DNA of 64,000 nt from a bacterium (GCA_021786105.1 JAJYNW010000015.1:12685-76684), one strand, 5' to 3'. Shown: positions 37,456 to 48,681, counted from the stretch's first letter. Notes: generated by a model from the sequence alone, not told the origin. Translations and numbers: made by a program.

Positions 37456-38214
37456 ATGATAATTGGTACTTGTCTGTTTTGTAAGAGAAAATACAGAAAA
37501 AGAGAAAAAAAACGCAAATTTTGTTCTTTATCATGCTCGAGTAGTTACAATAAAAACGGCCTTAATCAGGTAATCTTGCCTCGTAAGAGTAGGCTTTTAG
37601 CAGAATTTATAGGTATTTGTCTCGGTGATGGTTATGCTTCTGGTTATCAAGCAGGTATTACACTAAACTCTATAGCGGATCGAAATTATTTGTTATATGT
37701 GGAAGATTTGGCAAGGAACTTATTTCCTGGAGCTACTTTTTCCATAATTAAGAGAAAAAAAGAAAATGCTATTGATATTAGAATAAATTCTAAAACAGTA
37801 GTAATTTTTCTTAAAGGTATGGGGGTTATTCCTAATGCAAAGACAATACCAGATTGGATATTGAAAGAGGAGAAGTATACTAGAGCATGCGTTCGTGGAT
37901 TATTTGATACAGAAGGTTCAATATCTTTTAAGTGCTATAGAGGTAAGAATGGAATAAGTGTCTATAAACAGTTAAATTTTAGAAATTCCAATATGATACT
38001 AATGGGTTTTGTTAAGAATAGCTTGATTAATCTTGGTTTAAAGCCAACTACTACGATGAGAAGATCGCTCTATTTAAGTAATCACGACAGTATAGATACA
38101 TACCGTAAGAAGATTGGGTTTAGTAATCCTAAGCTAAGGGAAAGAAGTTTAATAGAGGATATTTCTGCTTATCTTAACTGGAAAACAAGATTTGATAATC
38201 CAGCTATTACTTAA
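37456..38214 (+). CDS. LAGLIDADG homing endonuclease, free-standing
   Basis: LAEFIGICLGDGYAS and LFDTEGSIS (two LAGLIDADG motifs); N-terminal Cys cluster. Confidence 0.7.
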   Translation: MIIGTCLFCKRKYRKREKKRKFCSLSCSSSYNKNGLNQVILPRKSRLLAEFIGICLGDGYASGYQAGITLNSIADRNYLLYVEDLARNLFPGATFSIIKRKKENAIDIRINSKTVVIFLKGMGVIPNAKTIPDWILKEEKYTRACVRGLFDTEGSISFKCYRGKNGISVYKQLNFRNSNMILMGFVKNSLINLGLKPTTTMRRSLYLSNHDSIDTYRKKIGFSNPKLRERSLIEDISAYLNWKTRFDNPAIT

Positions 38215-38242
38215 ATAAATATTAGGTTATAATCTAACTACC

Positions 38243-38845
38243 ATGCCCGAGGAAGAGAAACAAAAACCCTCTAAAAAGGAGACTCCAAAGCATCCAGAGC
38301 GAGAATCTGTCGGGCCGGAATTTTTTACCCCTAAGATGATGGAAACAGAAGAGATTAAAACCTTGCTCTCTTGGGAAGCGCCGTCCCGGCCTTTCCGGAA
38401 AAAAGACCGTTCGTATTACACTACTATTATTATTTTGGTGGTGTTGATAGTGTTAATTGTTTTTCTTTGGCTGGGGGATTTTTTACTGATTGGTGTAATT
38501 TTATCTTTTGGCTTTGTTGCCTATGTTTTAGCATTTGTACCGCCACACAATATCAAATATAAAATTTCTACTCAGGGGATTACCATTGGGGAAGATTTCT
38601 ACTTTTGGCATTTTTTGGATGCTTTTTGGTTTAAGGAAAAAGACGGGTCAAAAGTATTACATATCCAAACGCGCCTGTCCTTTCCTGCTCAACTGATGTT
38701 GGTTTTGGGCAATATGAGTGAGAAGGGGGTTAAAAAAGTGGTAGCTAGGTTTTTGCCGTTTGTAGAAGTGCCATACAAAACCTGGATGGAGAAATGGTCG
38801 GATGGTTTACAAAAGCATTTTCCTTTAGAAAATGTTCATCATTAA
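38243..38845 (+). CDS. Hypothetical two-TM membrane protein
   Basis: 200 aa; two TM helices centrally. Confidence 0.35.
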   Translation: MPEEEKQKPSKKETPKHPERESVGPEFFTPKMMETEEIKTLLSWEAPSRPFRKKDRSYYTTIIILVVLIVLIVFLWLGDFLLIGVILSFGFVAYVLAFVPPHNIKYKISTQGITIGEDFYFWHFLDAFWFKEKDGSKVLHIQTRLSFPAQLMLVLGNMSEKGVKKVVARFLPFVEVPYKTWMEKWSDGLQKHFPLENVHH

Positions 38846-38916
38846 TTTTAAGGTTTATCCCTTGTGATTGGTTTACTGTTGCCGAGTTTGATTTTATAGT
38901 ACAATAACCCCTGTTT

Positions 38917-38992
38917 GCGCCTGTAGCTCAGCGGATAGAGCGCAACGTTGCGGACGTTGAAGTCGGGGGTTCAATTCCCTCCAGGCGCACCA
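38917..38992 (+). tRNA. tRNA-Arg (GCG)
   Basis: GCGCCUG acceptor, anticodon loop UUGCGGA, encoded CCA. Confidence 0.8.
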
Positions 38993-38997
38993 AGGGA

Positions 38998-39085
38998 GGT
39001 GGGGTCGCATAGTGGCCTAGTGCGCTGGTTTCGAAAACCGGTATACCGTAAGGTATCGTGAGTTCAAATCTCACCCCCACCGCCA
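38998..39085 (+). tRNA. tRNA-Ser (CGA)
   Basis: Anticodon loop UUCGAAA, long variable arm, encoded CCA. Confidence 0.8.
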
Positions 39086-39086
39086 T

Positions 39087-39158
39087 GCCCTCGTAGGCTA
39101 ATGGATAGACCCCGGGATTCCGGATCCCGTGATGTGGGTTCGATTCCCACCGAGGGCA
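39087..39158 (+). tRNA. tRNA-Arg (CCG)
   Basis: GCCCUCG acceptor, anticodon loop UUCCGGA. Confidence 0.75.
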
Positions 39159-39167
39159 CTTGTTATA

Positions 39168-39580
39168 TGAAACGTGAGTTTTCAGCAGGTGGGATTGTTT
39201 TTAATAATGAGGGTCAGGTGTTGGTAACCCAGCACTCTCAAAATAAGCATTGGAGTTTCCCCAAAGGTTTACTTGATCATCCTGAGCAAACTACAGAAGA
39301 ATCAGCATTAAGAGAAGTTAGGGAAGAGGGGGGAGTGGAGGCAAAAATTGTCGGCAAGGTGGGTTATAACAAGTATGTCTATACTTTTAATGGAGAGAAA
39401 ATCTTTAAAGCGGTAACTTATTTTTTAATGGAATATGTCTCAGGAGATATTAAAGATCATGATTGGGAAGTGTCTGAGGCTGGTTGGTATGAACCGGAAG
39501 ACGCTTTAAAACGACTTACATTTAATCAGGATAAGGAATTGCTAAAGAAAGCTTTAGAAATAAGGGAGGTGTCATCCTGA
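39168..39580 (+). CDS. NUDIX hydrolase
   Basis: Nudix box ESALREVREEGGVEA; the track ORF start at 39101 overlaps tRNA-Arg, so the Met at 39168 is used. Confidence 0.7.
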
Positions 39581-39643
39581 GCGAAGCGAAGGATCTCTCG
39601 CGGATGCGAGTATTCCTGAAACAAGTTCAGAGATTCTTCGGCT

Positions 39644-40228
39644 ATGTCTCAGAATGACAAAAAACAATTTGTTTCCCGGGGCGGGATAAAACTGCAGGCA
39701 GTCTTAGATAAGTTTCAAATTGATGTTAAAGATAAAGTAGTTTTGGATGTGGGTTCTTCCACCGGCGGATTTGTGGATTGTCTTTTGCAGCAGGGTGCTA
39801 AAAAAGTTTATGCGGTGGATACGGCTTATGGGGAATTGGCTTGGAGACTTAGAAATGATCCAAGGGTGGTGGTGATGGAGCGGATTAATATTTTGCATCT
39901 GGAAAGTTTACCTGAACCAGTCGATTTAATTACCATTGATGCCGGTTGGACTAAGTTAGAGCTAATCTTACCGATTGTAAAGAAGTTCCTCAAACCTGAT
40001 GGTTTTATTATTGCTTTACTTAAGCCTCACTATCAAGCAGATAAAAAAATCCTTAGAAAGGGTGTAGTTCCTGAGGATTTAGTAGAAAGTATTAAGAATC
40101 AAGTATTAAGGATTATAGAAGAATTAGGATTTAAGATTCAAGGGGAAATGGAATCGCCGATTTTAGGTGGTGCAGGAAACAGGGAATATCTACTTTTTTG
40201 CGAAGTAAAAAAGCAAGCAGGCTTTTGA
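39644..40228 (+). CDS. TlyA-family rRNA 2'-O-methyltransferase (FtsJ-like)
   Basis: SRGGIKLQAVLDKF and VLDVGSSTGGFVDCLLQQGAKKVYAVD SAM-binding motif. Confidence 0.7.
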   Translation: MSQNDKKQFVSRGGIKLQAVLDKFQIDVKDKVVLDVGSSTGGFVDCLLQQGAKKVYAVDTAYGELAWRLRNDPRVVVMERINILHLESLPEPVDLITIDAGWTKLELILPIVKKFLKPDGFIIALLKPHYQADKKILRKGVVPEDLVESIKNQVLRIIEELGFKIQGEMESPILGGAGNREYLLFCEVKKQAGF

Positions 40229-40238
40229 AAAAAGATTC

Positions 40239-40451
40239 TTACTTCTTCTTTTTTTGAGAAATGAAGAGATAAATTAAGGGTAAAATGCCAATAGAATTAA
40301 TAACCAGTAAAGCAATGAACCAATAAAGCTGTTTATTCCGGGCCGCCCGCCACAGGGCAAAACCTTTTAAAACTAAATCAAGGATGGCAAATGGTGCCAA
40401 CCAGGCAAAGGGACCAAAATTATACATGTGGTAAAAATATCCCGGCATCAT
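40239..40451 (-). CDS. Small two-TM membrane protein (PLD-N-like)
   Basis: 70 aa, two TM helices, poly-Lys tail. Confidence 0.3.
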   Translation of the reverse strand: MMPGYFYHMYNFGPFAWLAPFAILDLVLKGFALWRAARNKQLYWFIALLVINSIGILPLIYLFISQKKKK

Positions 40452-40491
40452 AATTTAAGTACACCACTTTACGCCAAAAATTGCAAGGGGG

Positions 40492-40580
<89 letters not shown>

Positions 40581-40707
40581 AAACCTTGTAATTTTAACAA
40601 ATCTTGAGATCCTTCGCTACGCTCAGGATGACGATGAGGGAGAGCTTGTTTTCGGGACTTATTTGGTGTACAATTTGCGCAACAATACCTGAAAGCCGCA
40701 ACTACAT

Positions 40708-42510
40708 ATGGGCCTTTGGGATAATTGCAAAAACATGGACGACGTCGAAGCTGTTAAAGAAAAAATTAATATTGTTGATTTGATCTCCGAATACGTCCCT
40801 CTTAAAAAAGCCGGCGTCAACTTTAAAGCTAATTGTCCTTTTCATAACGAAAAAACTCCCTCATTTGTAGTGTCTGCCGAACGGCAAATTTTCAAATGTT
40901 TTGGCTGTCAAAAATCAGGTGATATGTTTACCTTCTTAATGGAAAAAGAAGGGGTGGATTTTAAGGAAGCTTTGGAAATGCTGGCTAAAAAAGCTGGCGT
41001 GACCTTGAAAAAAACCGCTGATAAGAAAGATTTCCGCGATCGGTTGTTTGAGGTTAACTTAAAGGCCCAGGAATTTTTCCATTATATTTTGACCAAGCAC
41101 AATTTAGGTAAAAATGCCTTGGATTATTTAACCAAAAGAGGGTTAACGGCGGAAACAATTGAAAGCTTTGGTTTGGGTTATGCTCCTAATTCCTGGGAAT
41201 CTTTAACTAAATTCTTGCGCAAAAGAGGTTTTACCACCCAAGAAATTATTGACTGCGGCTTGGGAGTGGCTTCTAAATCCGGGAGTTATGACCGTTTCCG
41301 CGGCAGGGTCACTTTTCCGATGATTGACGGTAAAGGAAAGTTAAGAGGTTTTTCCGGACGGGTGTTATATCCGGCCGAACCAAAATATATCAATACTCCG
41401 CAAACTCCGATTTTTGATAAAGGTAATTTGTTGTTTGGTTTAAATTTGGCTAAAGGTGAAATCAGGAACAAAAAAGAGGCAGTTTTGGTGGAGGGGGAAA
41501 TGGATATGATTTTGTCTTTTCAATCCGGTGTCAAAAATATTGTGGCCTCTAAGGGGACGGCTTTAACTGAGGGTCAAATTGAATTGCTGAAAAAATACAC
41601 GGAAAACTTGAAATTGGGTTTTGATATGGATTTAGCTGGGGATAGTGCTTCACGGCGGGGAATTGAACTGGCAGATCAGGCCGGTTTAAATATTAAGGTA
41701 GTTCAACTTGATAAAGGTAAAGATGCGGCGGAGGTGGTCAAAGTTGATCCGGAGGCTTGGCAAAAAGCTATTGAAGAAGCAGTGCCGATTTATGATTATT
41801 ACTTAACCTCGGTGGCCAGAAGGTACAATACCAAAAGCCCGGCCGATCTTAAAAAGATTGGAGAAGAATTGATCCCGGTGTGGGCCAAGATTACTGATGA
41901 TTTAGTCAGGGAATTATATATTCAAAAACTGGCAGCCTTCTTAAAAACTGATGAGAAGATTTTGAGGGATGCAGTAGAAAAAGTGCGTAAAAGCCCGGAG
42001 AAAAGTTATGCCGGTCTTTTAAAAAAGACTAATACTCCGGATAATGTGGTTTCTTCCAAATCCAGAAGAGAGCTCTTGGAAGAGTACTTGATTGCTTTAC
42101 TTTTGCATCCGCCGGTCGATGGTAAATTTGTCCCTAATTTTCCGGAAACTTTATTTCTGGCAGAAAGATGGCGGCAAATTTATGTGTTATTGGTGCTTTA
42201 TTTAGATTCCATTTCGTTTAAAAGCCGGGCTTTTGATATTAACGAATTTGTGGCCGGTTTACCAAAAGAGTTGACTCACGAGGTAGATCGATTATACTTA
42301 ATGGAACTTGATGGCCGGCTTTTGGATGAAAAGCCCTGGAAGAAGGAGTTGGATGAGGTAGTATCAGAACTGAAGAAAGCTTTAATTAAGGCTTCTTTGG
42401 AAAAGCTATCTTTGGAAATCAAGAATGCCCAGGCTTTTGATAAGATGGATATAGTTGATAATCTAAACAAAAGGTTTAGAGATTTATCAGTTAAACTGAA
42501 AAATTTATAA
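40708..42510 (+). CDS. dnaG: DNA primase DnaG
   Basis: CHC2 zinc finger [11 protein letters not shown]...CFGC; TOPRIM domain. Confidence 0.9.
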   Translation: MGLWDNCKNMDDVEAVKEKINIVDLISEYVPLKKAGVNFKANCPFHNEKTPSFVVSAERQIFKCFGCQKSGDMFTFLMEKEGVDFKEALEMLAKKAGVTLKKTADKKDFRDRLFEVNLKAQEFFHYILTKHNLGKNALDYLTKRGLTAETIESFGLGYAPNSWESLTKFLRKRGFTTQEIIDCGLGVASKSGSYDRFRGRVTFPMIDGKGKLRGFSGRVLYPAEPKYINTPQTPIFDKGNLLFGLNLAKGEIRNKKEAVLVEGEMDMILSFQSGVKNIVASKGTALTEGQIELLKKYTENLKLGFDMDLAGDSASRRGIELADQAGLNIKVVQLDKGKDAAEVVKVDPEAWQKAIEEAVPIYDYYLTSVARRYNTKSPADLKKIGEELIPVWAKITDDLVRELYIQKLAAFLKTDEKILRDAVEKVRKSPEKSYAGLLKKTNTPDNVVSSKSRRELLEEYLIALLLHPPVDGKFVPNFPETLFLAERWRQIYVLLVLYLDSISFKSRAFDINEFVAGLPKELTHEVDRLYLMELDGRLLDEKPWKKELDEVVSELKKALIKASLEKLSLEIKNAQAFDKMDIVDNLNKRFRDLSVKLKNL

Positions 42511-42515
42511 AGAAT

Positions 42516-43607
42516 ATGGTTAAATCAAAAAGAGAAACACAACTGGACGAAAAAAAGCTCCTCAAGTTAGGCAAGGATCGGGGTTTTGTGACCCAGGAGG
42601 AGATTTTGCAGGTTTTTCCCAAGCCGGAAGAAACAATCGAAAAGCTGGATGAGTTTTTTATTAAATTAATCGAAGACAGTATTGATGTTTTCGAAACCAC
42701 GGCTGAGGAGCTGGAAGCGGAAACCAAGTCCACTACCGAGCTGGAAAAAGAACTGGAGATTTTATCGACTTTGGAAGGCGGTTCGGTGACGGATCCGGTC
42801 AGGCAATACCTTCGCGATATCGGCAAGATCCCGCTGTTGACTGCTGCTGATGAGATTGATTTGGCCAAACGGGCCGAGAAAAACGAAAAAAGAGCCCGGG
42901 ATAAATTGATCAGCGCCAATTTGCGGTTGGTAGTCTCAATTGCTAAAAAGTATGTTGGGCGTGGTATGAGCCTTTTGGATTTAATTGAAGAAGGAAACAT
43001 TGGTTTGATGCGGGCAGTGGATAAATATGACTGGCGGAGAGGTTATAAATTCTCTACATATGCCACTTGGTGGATTAGACAAGCTATTACCCGGGCCATT
43101 GCTGATCAAGCTCGAACTATTAGAATTCCGGTGCACATGGTGGAAACTATTAATCGATTTAACCGGACTCAAAGAAGGTTGATGCAGGAGTTGGGCCGGG
43201 AGCCAACCCCGGAAGAGGTGGCTAAGGCTTTGGGAATCGATGAAAGCAAGGCCCGGGAAATTATTAAAGTATCTCAAGAGCCAACTTCTTTGGAGACTCC
43301 AGTGGGTGATGAGGAAGATTCGCATTTGGGAGATTTTATTGCTGATCAGGGTTTGCAGCCGGACGAGCAAGCTACCCGGGAACTGTTGAAAATTCACTTG
43401 GATGAGGTGTTGGGTAGTTTATCACCGCGGGAAAAAAGAGTTTTACAGTTAAGATTTGGCTTGGAAGACGGTAAGCAAAGGACTTTAGAAGAAGTGGGGA
43501 AAGAGTTTGGGGTGACCCGGGAGCGTATCAGGCAAATTGAGGCTAAAGCCATTAGGAAATTAAAGCATCCAACTCGTGCCAAAAAACTCCGCGATTACCT
43601 GGAATAA
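42516..43607 (+). CDS. rpoD: RNA polymerase sigma-70 factor RpoD
   Basis: Regions 2-4: [32 protein letters not shown], region 4 HTH. Confidence 0.9.
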   Translation: MVKSKRETQLDEKKLLKLGKDRGFVTQEEILQVFPKPEETIEKLDEFFIKLIEDSIDVFETTAEELEAETKSTTELEKELEILSTLEGGSVTDPVRQYLRDIGKIPLLTAADEIDLAKRAEKNEKRARDKLISANLRLVVSIAKKYVGRGMSLLDLIEEGNIGLMRAVDKYDWRRGYKFSTYATWWIRQAITRAIADQARTIRIPVHMVETINRFNRTQRRLMQELGREPTPEEVAKALGIDESKAREIIKVSQEPTSLETPVGDEEDSHLGDFIADQGLQPDEQATRELLKIHLDEVLGSLSPREKRVLQLRFGLEDGKQRTLEEVGKEFGVTRERIRQIEAKAIRKLKHPTRAKKLRDYLE

Positions 43608-43662
43608 CTTCCTTTGTCATTGCGAACCCCGCCCGTATGGTGCGAGGGTGCGGCAATCTATA

Positions 43663-43932
43663 TTACTTTTGTAATCTATTCCAAAGCAAAGCAAAAACAT
43701 AACCAAAGACGTAACCTATTATGGCAGTAACGACTATTAAAGTTACCCATTTAACTACATCAAATGATTGGACAGTGAATGGATTATTCAAAAAATGAAT
43801 GCCGTAAACAAAATCCAGTATGGCTCCAGCCAAACCCATGGCCACCAGTAAGCCCCAGACAAAATGCCACAGCCCGGCAAATGTTCCCACCACCAACGCT
43901 GTTTTATTGGGATTTAATTTCAAGTTTCTCAC
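43663..43932 (-). CDS. Small three-TM membrane protein
   Basis: 89 aa, hydrophobic. Confidence 0.3.
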   Translation of the reverse strand: MRNLKLNPNKTALVVGTFAGLWHFVWGLLVAMGLAGAILDFVYGIHFLNNPFTVQSFDVVKWVTLIVVTAIIGYVFGYVFALLWNRLQK

Positions 43933-44016
43933 CCCCTCTAAATTAGGTGTACATCGTTGGGTTTAAAAATGCAAGATCAGTTGGTATAATTGCAGAGCTA
44001 TTTAACAATTAAATAT

Positions 44017-44091
44017 TCCCCTGTAGCTCAACGGTAGAGCAGGAAGCTGTTAACTTCAAGGTTCGTGGTTCGAATCCACGCGGGGGAGCCA
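44017..44091 (+). tRNA. tRNA-Asn (GTT)
   Basis: Acceptor UCCCCUG/CGGGGGA, anticodon loop CUGUUAA, encoded CCA; 3' end overlapped by the recombinase ORF. Confidence 0.8.
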
Positions 44092-45579
44092 AGGTGTTTT
44101 CTGTATAACCTGCTGATTATCGCGCAGTGTCGCGAAAATCGGAGTTGGGACAGTTGCAAAAATCTTCTTATTTTTAACCATTACCTTCTCATAAAAGAAC
44201 CTTAAGTAGTGCCGCTTCATAAAGGGTGGCGCATCCTTATAAGTCGCGTAAATATCGCGTGTGAAGGCCAATGTATCGTCAATCAGGTTGATATCGATTC
44301 TGCAGCGGTCATCGACATCCTGTAATTGTGTTTCCATTTGTCTTACCTGATCCTGTAGCTCGGTGTGCTTGCGCTTAAACACTTCCCGGTCGATTGTTCC
44401 CTCAATCAGCGCATCCTCAAGCTTATTTCTCTTCATCTCAAGGGCTAGTTTCTGATTAAGAATGCCCTGCTTGACACTTGTGGCATTTGCGCGGCTCTCT
44501 TCCAGTTTCTCGCGCGTTTTTCGGACAACGGCTTCGATAAAATCAGGGCTAAACTGCATATTCTTAAATTCCTGCTCAACCTGATACTCAAGATCATCCA
44601 CTTCTACATATGGTGCGCGACAACCATTTCGTTCTCGCTTAGGGCAATGATAATAGGCTATCTTGCCGCCTCGAGCGCGCAGTTTATGCGCGTTCTTATG
44701 CCATTCAGCCACATAACGCTGACCACATTCGGAACAGTAGACAAAACCGCCTAAGAGCCAGTTGTGTATTCGGCGACGCATTAGAAAGTTGCGATGCTTG
44801 GCCAGAACATACTGGCAGGTGTCATATATGTCTTTTGAAATAATTGGTATGTGATTGCCCATCTTTCCTTCGCCGTGCCAACGAATCCAGCCGTAGTAGA
44901 AGGGGTTGTTGAGAATGGTGTGAATAACGCTGTGACCCAAACCTGTGCCAGTTCGCGACAAGATATTGCGTTCTGCCAGCCAATCCTGAATCTCAATGAT
45001 GGAATAGTTGCCTGTGGAGTAAAGTTCATACAGTTCTTTGATAATTGGCGCAGTGTAGGGGTCAGGCTCGCAGGTTTTGCGCTCTCTGTCACCGCCAACA
45101 GTTCGGTAGCCAATAGGCGGTGGTGTAGGTTGCCAACCTTCCCGGAATTTTTGTACCAGCGCGTCACGCGTGCGCTGGCCGTTTACATCAGATTCCCATT
45201 CAGCGACACTAGCGAGAATATTAGCAATAAGACTCGATCCTTGCGTCACATTGCCTTCTAAGACAGAAATCATCTGAAGCCCTTTTGACTCGATCTCTTT
45301 GCGGGTATCGCGAAAATCTGAAACATTGCGCGCAAAGCGGTCGATTTTGTAGATAATCAGCGCGTCAACTTTGAACTCATCGACTGCTTTAAGAAGTTCT
45401 TGGAAGGCTGGGCGTTGCGTGGTGCGCCCGCTTTTGCCATCATCGAGAAATATGTGCTTTACATGGTAATCGTGGCTACGCGCATAATCCATACAGGCGC
45501 GTTTTTGGTTCTCCAACGAGAAGCCTTCAGTCGCCTGTTCATCGGTTGAAACGCGCAGGTATAAGTAGCAGGTATTCAT
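44056..45579 (-). CDS. Large serine recombinase (resolvase-family catalytic domain + recombinase domain + zinc ribbon)
   Basis: YLRVSTDEQ catalytic Ser motif, DRFARN; CSECGQ...YYHC zinc ribbon. The track ORF extends to 45816, but the Met at 45579 precedes the catalytic motif. The last 12 aa are read-through into the tRNA. Confidence 0.8.
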   Translation of the reverse strand: MNTCYLYLRVSTDEQATEGFSLENQKRACMDYARSHDYHVKHIFLDDGKSGRTTQRPAFQELLKAVDEFKVDALIIYKIDRFARNVSDFRDTRKEIESKGLQMISVLEGNVTQGSSLIANILASVAEWESDVNGQRTRDALVQKFREGWQPTPPPIGYRTVGGDRERKTCEPDPYTAPIIKELYELYSTGNYSIIEIQDWLAERNILSRTGTGLGHSVIHTILNNPFYYGWIRWHGEGKMGNHIPIISKDIYDTCQYVLAKHRNFLMRRRIHNWLLGGFVYCSECGQRYVAEWHKNAHKLRARGGKIAYYHCPKRERNGCRAPYVEVDDLEYQVEQEFKNMQFSPDFIEAVVRKTREKLEESRANATSVKQGILNQKLALEMKRNKLEDALIEGTIDREVFKRKHTELQDQVRQMETQLQDVDDRCRIDINLIDDTLAFTRDIYATYKDAPPFMKRHYLRFFYEKVMVKNKKIFATVPTPIFATLRDNQQVIQKTPWLPRVDSNHEP

Positions 45580-45788
45580 ATTCCCCGGTTTAGGTCGCTG
45601 AACCTCATTTTCATCGGGCGCTGTCCGTATCTTCGTGCTATCTTTGCGGCTTCTTTGTTGATTATGTCCAGATACGGCTTCGTTTTTTCTTTCGCCTGCT
45701 CGTAGGTCATCACGCCATGTCGCATCGCCAGATGTATCGCGCGCGTCTCTGCCAGCAATTCTCGCAAGTTTATCTTTTCGTTCTTCAT
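45576..45788 (-). CDS. Small hypothetical protein upstream of the recombinase
   Basis: 70 aa, helical; stop overlaps the recombinase start. Confidence 0.3.
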   Translation of the reverse strand: MKNEKINLRELLAETRAIHLAMRHGVMTYEQAKEKTKPYLDIINKEAAKIARRYGQRPMKMRFSDLNRGI

Positions 45789-45840
45789 AATGTCTTATAG
45801 TCGTATCAATATTCATAAGATTTTTAGCTTATTGCAAGCC

Positions 45841-46227
45841 TTAAGTTTGATTTTCCTTTGCGCGTTTCCAAGTCGCCACATCGGTAAAGATAATACTTAA
45901 CGGCTCGCCATCCTTACTCTCGTGCTGTATCCTGTCGGTCTCAATCATTCCGTGGTCTGATTTCAAAAGAAAGATAATGACAGAAGGGCTTTTAAGTCCA
46001 AGTGTCTTTAGGGTCAGCCGTTGGTGATCCATTATGCGGTCTACCGCTCCGCAAAAGTCCTCATTAGCCTCGGACCAGCGTTTTAGACTATCTGTACTTA
46101 CCCCTAAACGCTCGGCAAACTCTTCAAGAAAAGGTATTTTCCGGGCGTTTTTGCACTCTATGAGGTACTTTTCCGCCTCTTTTATAAACTCTCCTTTGTA
46201 CTTAGTTGGCCTACCCATTTTTGTCAT
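45841..46227 (-). CDS. Phage-type HTH protein (terminase small subunit-like N-terminus)
   Basis: MTKMGRPTKYKGEFIKEAEKYL resembles the phage Nu1/terminase-small HTH. Confidence 0.4.
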   Translation of the reverse strand: MTKMGRPTKYKGEFIKEAEKYLIECKNARKIPFLEEFAERLGVSTDSLKRWSEANEDFCGAVDRIMDHQRLTLKTLGLKSPSVIIFLLKSDHGMIETDRIQHESKDGEPLSIIFTDVATWKRAKENQT

Positions 46228-46982
46228 ACTGATTTTTTCTGCTGTTCACCATGTTTTTCAAAATATTCCTTAACTTTTGCATTAAAAACCTTGCCTTTGT
46301 TCTCAATAGTAGGATCCTGTTTTATCTCCCTGACATACTGATAAAACATGTTTGGGGGTAGTCCTTTTTCTAATGCGCGCAAATAGGTTAATTTTAGTGC
46401 CCAAGGATGGTCTGGCTCTAGCGCTATATGTGCCTCATTGGCCGCAACCTCACCCTCGTTAGTGGGATTAAAAAATTTACTTGTATAGTTTTTTTCCACT
46501 TCCATACCTAAAAACTCTTTATCGGCGACATATTCGCTTTTATTACTCTCTGTTGGATTTAATTCGCTTATATTAGATTGAGTAGCACTAGTGGTACCAT
46601 TTTGTATCCCATCCGTCTCCAAATTGGATCCATTATTATTAGTAAGTGAGGGTAAATCCGAAGGTTTATATCTATCACTTTTAATTTGTTGATACTTTCC
46701 CCAATTTATAAATTCAACAAACCACTCTTCAGTTTTCAGATTAGGCCACCAATATATCAATCCCGCATCGTGCATTTCTTCTAAATAATGCTTAATTTTC
46801 TTAAATGACCATTTCTTCAAAGGAACGACAGTACCTTTTATGGACTCCGCTTCTCCTCGCATTCTTCCATCATCATCAGCGTGAGCAATCATCCAAGTAA
46901 AGAGTAGCTGCGCAGGTGGGGAAAGTTTATTTACCTGCAACGAGGTTGATATTTTGTTATGTAACATTCGAGCTTTAGCCAT
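46224..46982 (-). CDS. Phage replisome-organizer-like protein
   Basis: N-terminal LFTWMIAHADDDGRM winged-helix-like region; Asn/Ser-rich middle. Confidence 0.3.
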   Translation of the reverse strand: MAKARMLHNKISTSLQVNKLSPPAQLLFTWMIAHADDDGRMRGEAESIKGTVVPLKKWSFKKIKHYLEEMHDAGLIYWWPNLKTEEWFVEFINWGKYQQIKSDRYKPSDLPSLTNNNGSNLETDGIQNGTTSATQSNISELNPTESNKSEYVADKEFLGMEVEKNYTSKFFNPTNEGEVAANEAHIALEPDHPWALKLTYLRALEKGLPPNMFYQYVREIKQDPTIENKGKVFNAKVKEYFEKHGEQQKKSV

Positions 46983-47241
46983 GATTATTTTTATTTATTC
47001 GCGCTAAGGCGATACCCTTTTTTATTCTTTTGCTCATTTGCTGTTTATAGTAGGCATCGGTTAGCTTTTTTGCTCGTACATGGGTAAGTACAAGATTTAC
47101 CCATTGTTCAGCAATTTTATCTATTTTCAGGTCCTTATTACTGTCGTTTTTGCTAATCATTTTTGTGAAAAAAGCCTGTCTTTTAATGACCTCAAAACTT
47201 CTGAGTATCGCCTCGCGTCGAGCTTTAAGCCACCAGACCAA
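46975..47241 (-). CDS. Small basic hypothetical protein
   Basis: 88 aa. Confidence 0.25.
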   Translation of the reverse strand: MVWWLKARREAILRSFEVIKRQAFFTKMISKNDSNKDLKIDKIAEQWVNLVLTHVRAKKLTDAYYKQQMSKRIKKGIALARINKNNHG

Positions 47242-47495
47242 TAGTCGTTGGCTAGTTGTTCACAAACAGATTTATTGGCAAAAATGAACCAGAAGAATTT
47301 ACTTTCTTTTTGGAGTCTTAGTAGTTGTACAGAAGAACAGATTAGCCCAGCTGCCTCGCCGAGGTCTTTCGTAAAATATTCATCAATATACGCCTTATCC
47401 ATATACATATATGATCAGGCATATCCGTGAGGTTGAATACACGAGGTAAAAACTACTTCAGCCTTATTTTGGAGCAATTTTGAGGATATTTGAGG

Positions 47496-47942
47496 TTATG
47501 GTTTAATTTCTACTTTACAATTCAGACCGAACCCCTTGTCTACAATAAAAAAGTCGTTAACCTTATCCTTCACCAAACCGAGCTCTTTTCTAATTGTTTG
47601 GATCGTATCTCGCGCTCTTCGATCTGGAGTTGAATCACTGTATTCGCGAGCCTTATTCAAAACCTCAGCTGTTTGATCGGCTGTATATATTTTCCCTGGA
47701 TATTGGATCAAAAGTGACAATAATAGATAGCCGTTGTCTCTAGGACCAAAGTGGCCTGTATGGTTTTTACCAGATCTGTCTATATAAGTAACATTTCCGG
47801 TGCTTTTATAAAATTCTAAAGTGTTCGATCGATCCGCTAACATACCCCGCTGATCTATTATTTTTTGTTTATTATTTCGTGGATTGGTTTGCCCAGAAAT
47901 TAAAACATAGTCCTGAAGTTGTTTATTTTTCCCCATATACAT
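47496..47942 (-). CDS. OmpR/CadC-type winged-helix DNA-binding protein
   Basis: LLLSLLIQYPGKIYTADQ...TIRKELG resembles trans_reg_C. Confidence 0.35.
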   Translation of the reverse strand: MYMGKNKQLQDYVLISGQTNPRNNKQKIIDQRGMLADRSNTLEFYKSTGNVTYIDRSGKNHTGHFGPRDNGYLLLSLLIQYPGKIYTADQTAEVLNKAREYSDSTPDRRARDTIQTIRKELGLVKDKVNDFFIVDKGFGLNCKVEIKP

Positions 47943-48009
47943 CTACATTTCCGGGCAGGAGATCTTTATTTTAGCAGAAAATTATGTTCAGTTCTTCTCT
48001 CTCGACAGC

Positions 48010-48681
48010 TTACAGCGAGGTAAGTCCGTCATACTTTGCGGCGCGGTGATTAGTGTTATCCGTAAAATAGTACTGAGCAATTTTGTATCCATAAGCGGTT
48101 TGGTCAAGTTCCAGCGCCATGCGCACTACCTTCGCGACATAGCCGACAAACTCGCCTCCAGATGGGATTATGCGCAACTCATCTACAATAACGCGCACTC
48201 GCGCGCCCTGTCGGCTCACGCTGCGCACATAATGCGCATCAACGGAGAAATTACGCCCTTGTGTTGCAAAAAGTCGCGCCGGGTTTGATACACCAACACG
48301 CGCGAGATCCACACCGAGTATAGAGTCTAGTTCTGACTGTTCCTCTTTTGTTTCAGGTGAAGAAAAGAAGTTCATGACTTTCTCCGCATCTCTTTGCTGT
48401 AGTGCGTTTTCAAAGGTATCCGTCAAAGCCACAACCTGTGTTTGTTTATCATCACTGACACCTGAAGCGCTAATTCCTTGCGCTTCGAGAACAATCTCGT
48501 TTCCGGTGTTTATCTGTTGAGTTTGGGGAGTAACGCGATGTGCAAACCACCCAATTGAAAAGCCCAGTAATAAGAATCCGGCAGGAACGAGTAGCATGAG
48601 CGCTTTGTATTTTTGGAAAGTGTTAAACATAATTTTATTTACCCCAAACACGAAAGATAATAAGACAAGGAACAGAGACAA
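48010..48681 (-). CDS. Membrane-anchored hypothetical protein
   Basis: Two N-terminal TM helices, soluble C-terminus. Confidence 0.3.
   Translation of the reverse strand: MSLFLVLLSFVFGVNKIMFNTFQKYKALMLLVPAGFLLLGFSIGWFAHRVTPQTQQINTGNEIVLEAQGISASGVSDDKQTQVVALTDTFENALQQRDAEKVMNFFSSPETKEEQSELDSILGVDLARVGVSNPARLFATQGRNFSVDAHYVRSVSRQGARVRVIVDELRIIPSGGEFVGYVAKVVRMALELDQTAYGYKIAQYYFTDNTNHRAAKYDGLTSL

Noticed and set aside
39101-39167. N-terminal 22 codons of the NUDIX ORF as given in the track
   Set aside because: They overlap tRNA-Arg(CCG); the internal Met at 39168 just after the tRNA is the plausible start
44017-44091. Recombinase as an ordinary tyrosine-integrase tRNA integration with a long direct-repeat att site
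   Set aside because: The enzyme is a serine recombinase, so long att direct repeats are not expected. Only a weak tRNA-3'-like match was found near 56655, and the right boundary is left approximate
45580-45816. 79-aa N-terminal extension of the serine recombinase ORF
   Set aside because: The catalytic motif YLRVSTDEQ lies immediately after the internal Met at 45579, as in normal resolvase-domain proteins. The upstream segment is Arg-rich, unconserved-looking and overlapped by a separate 70-aa ORF
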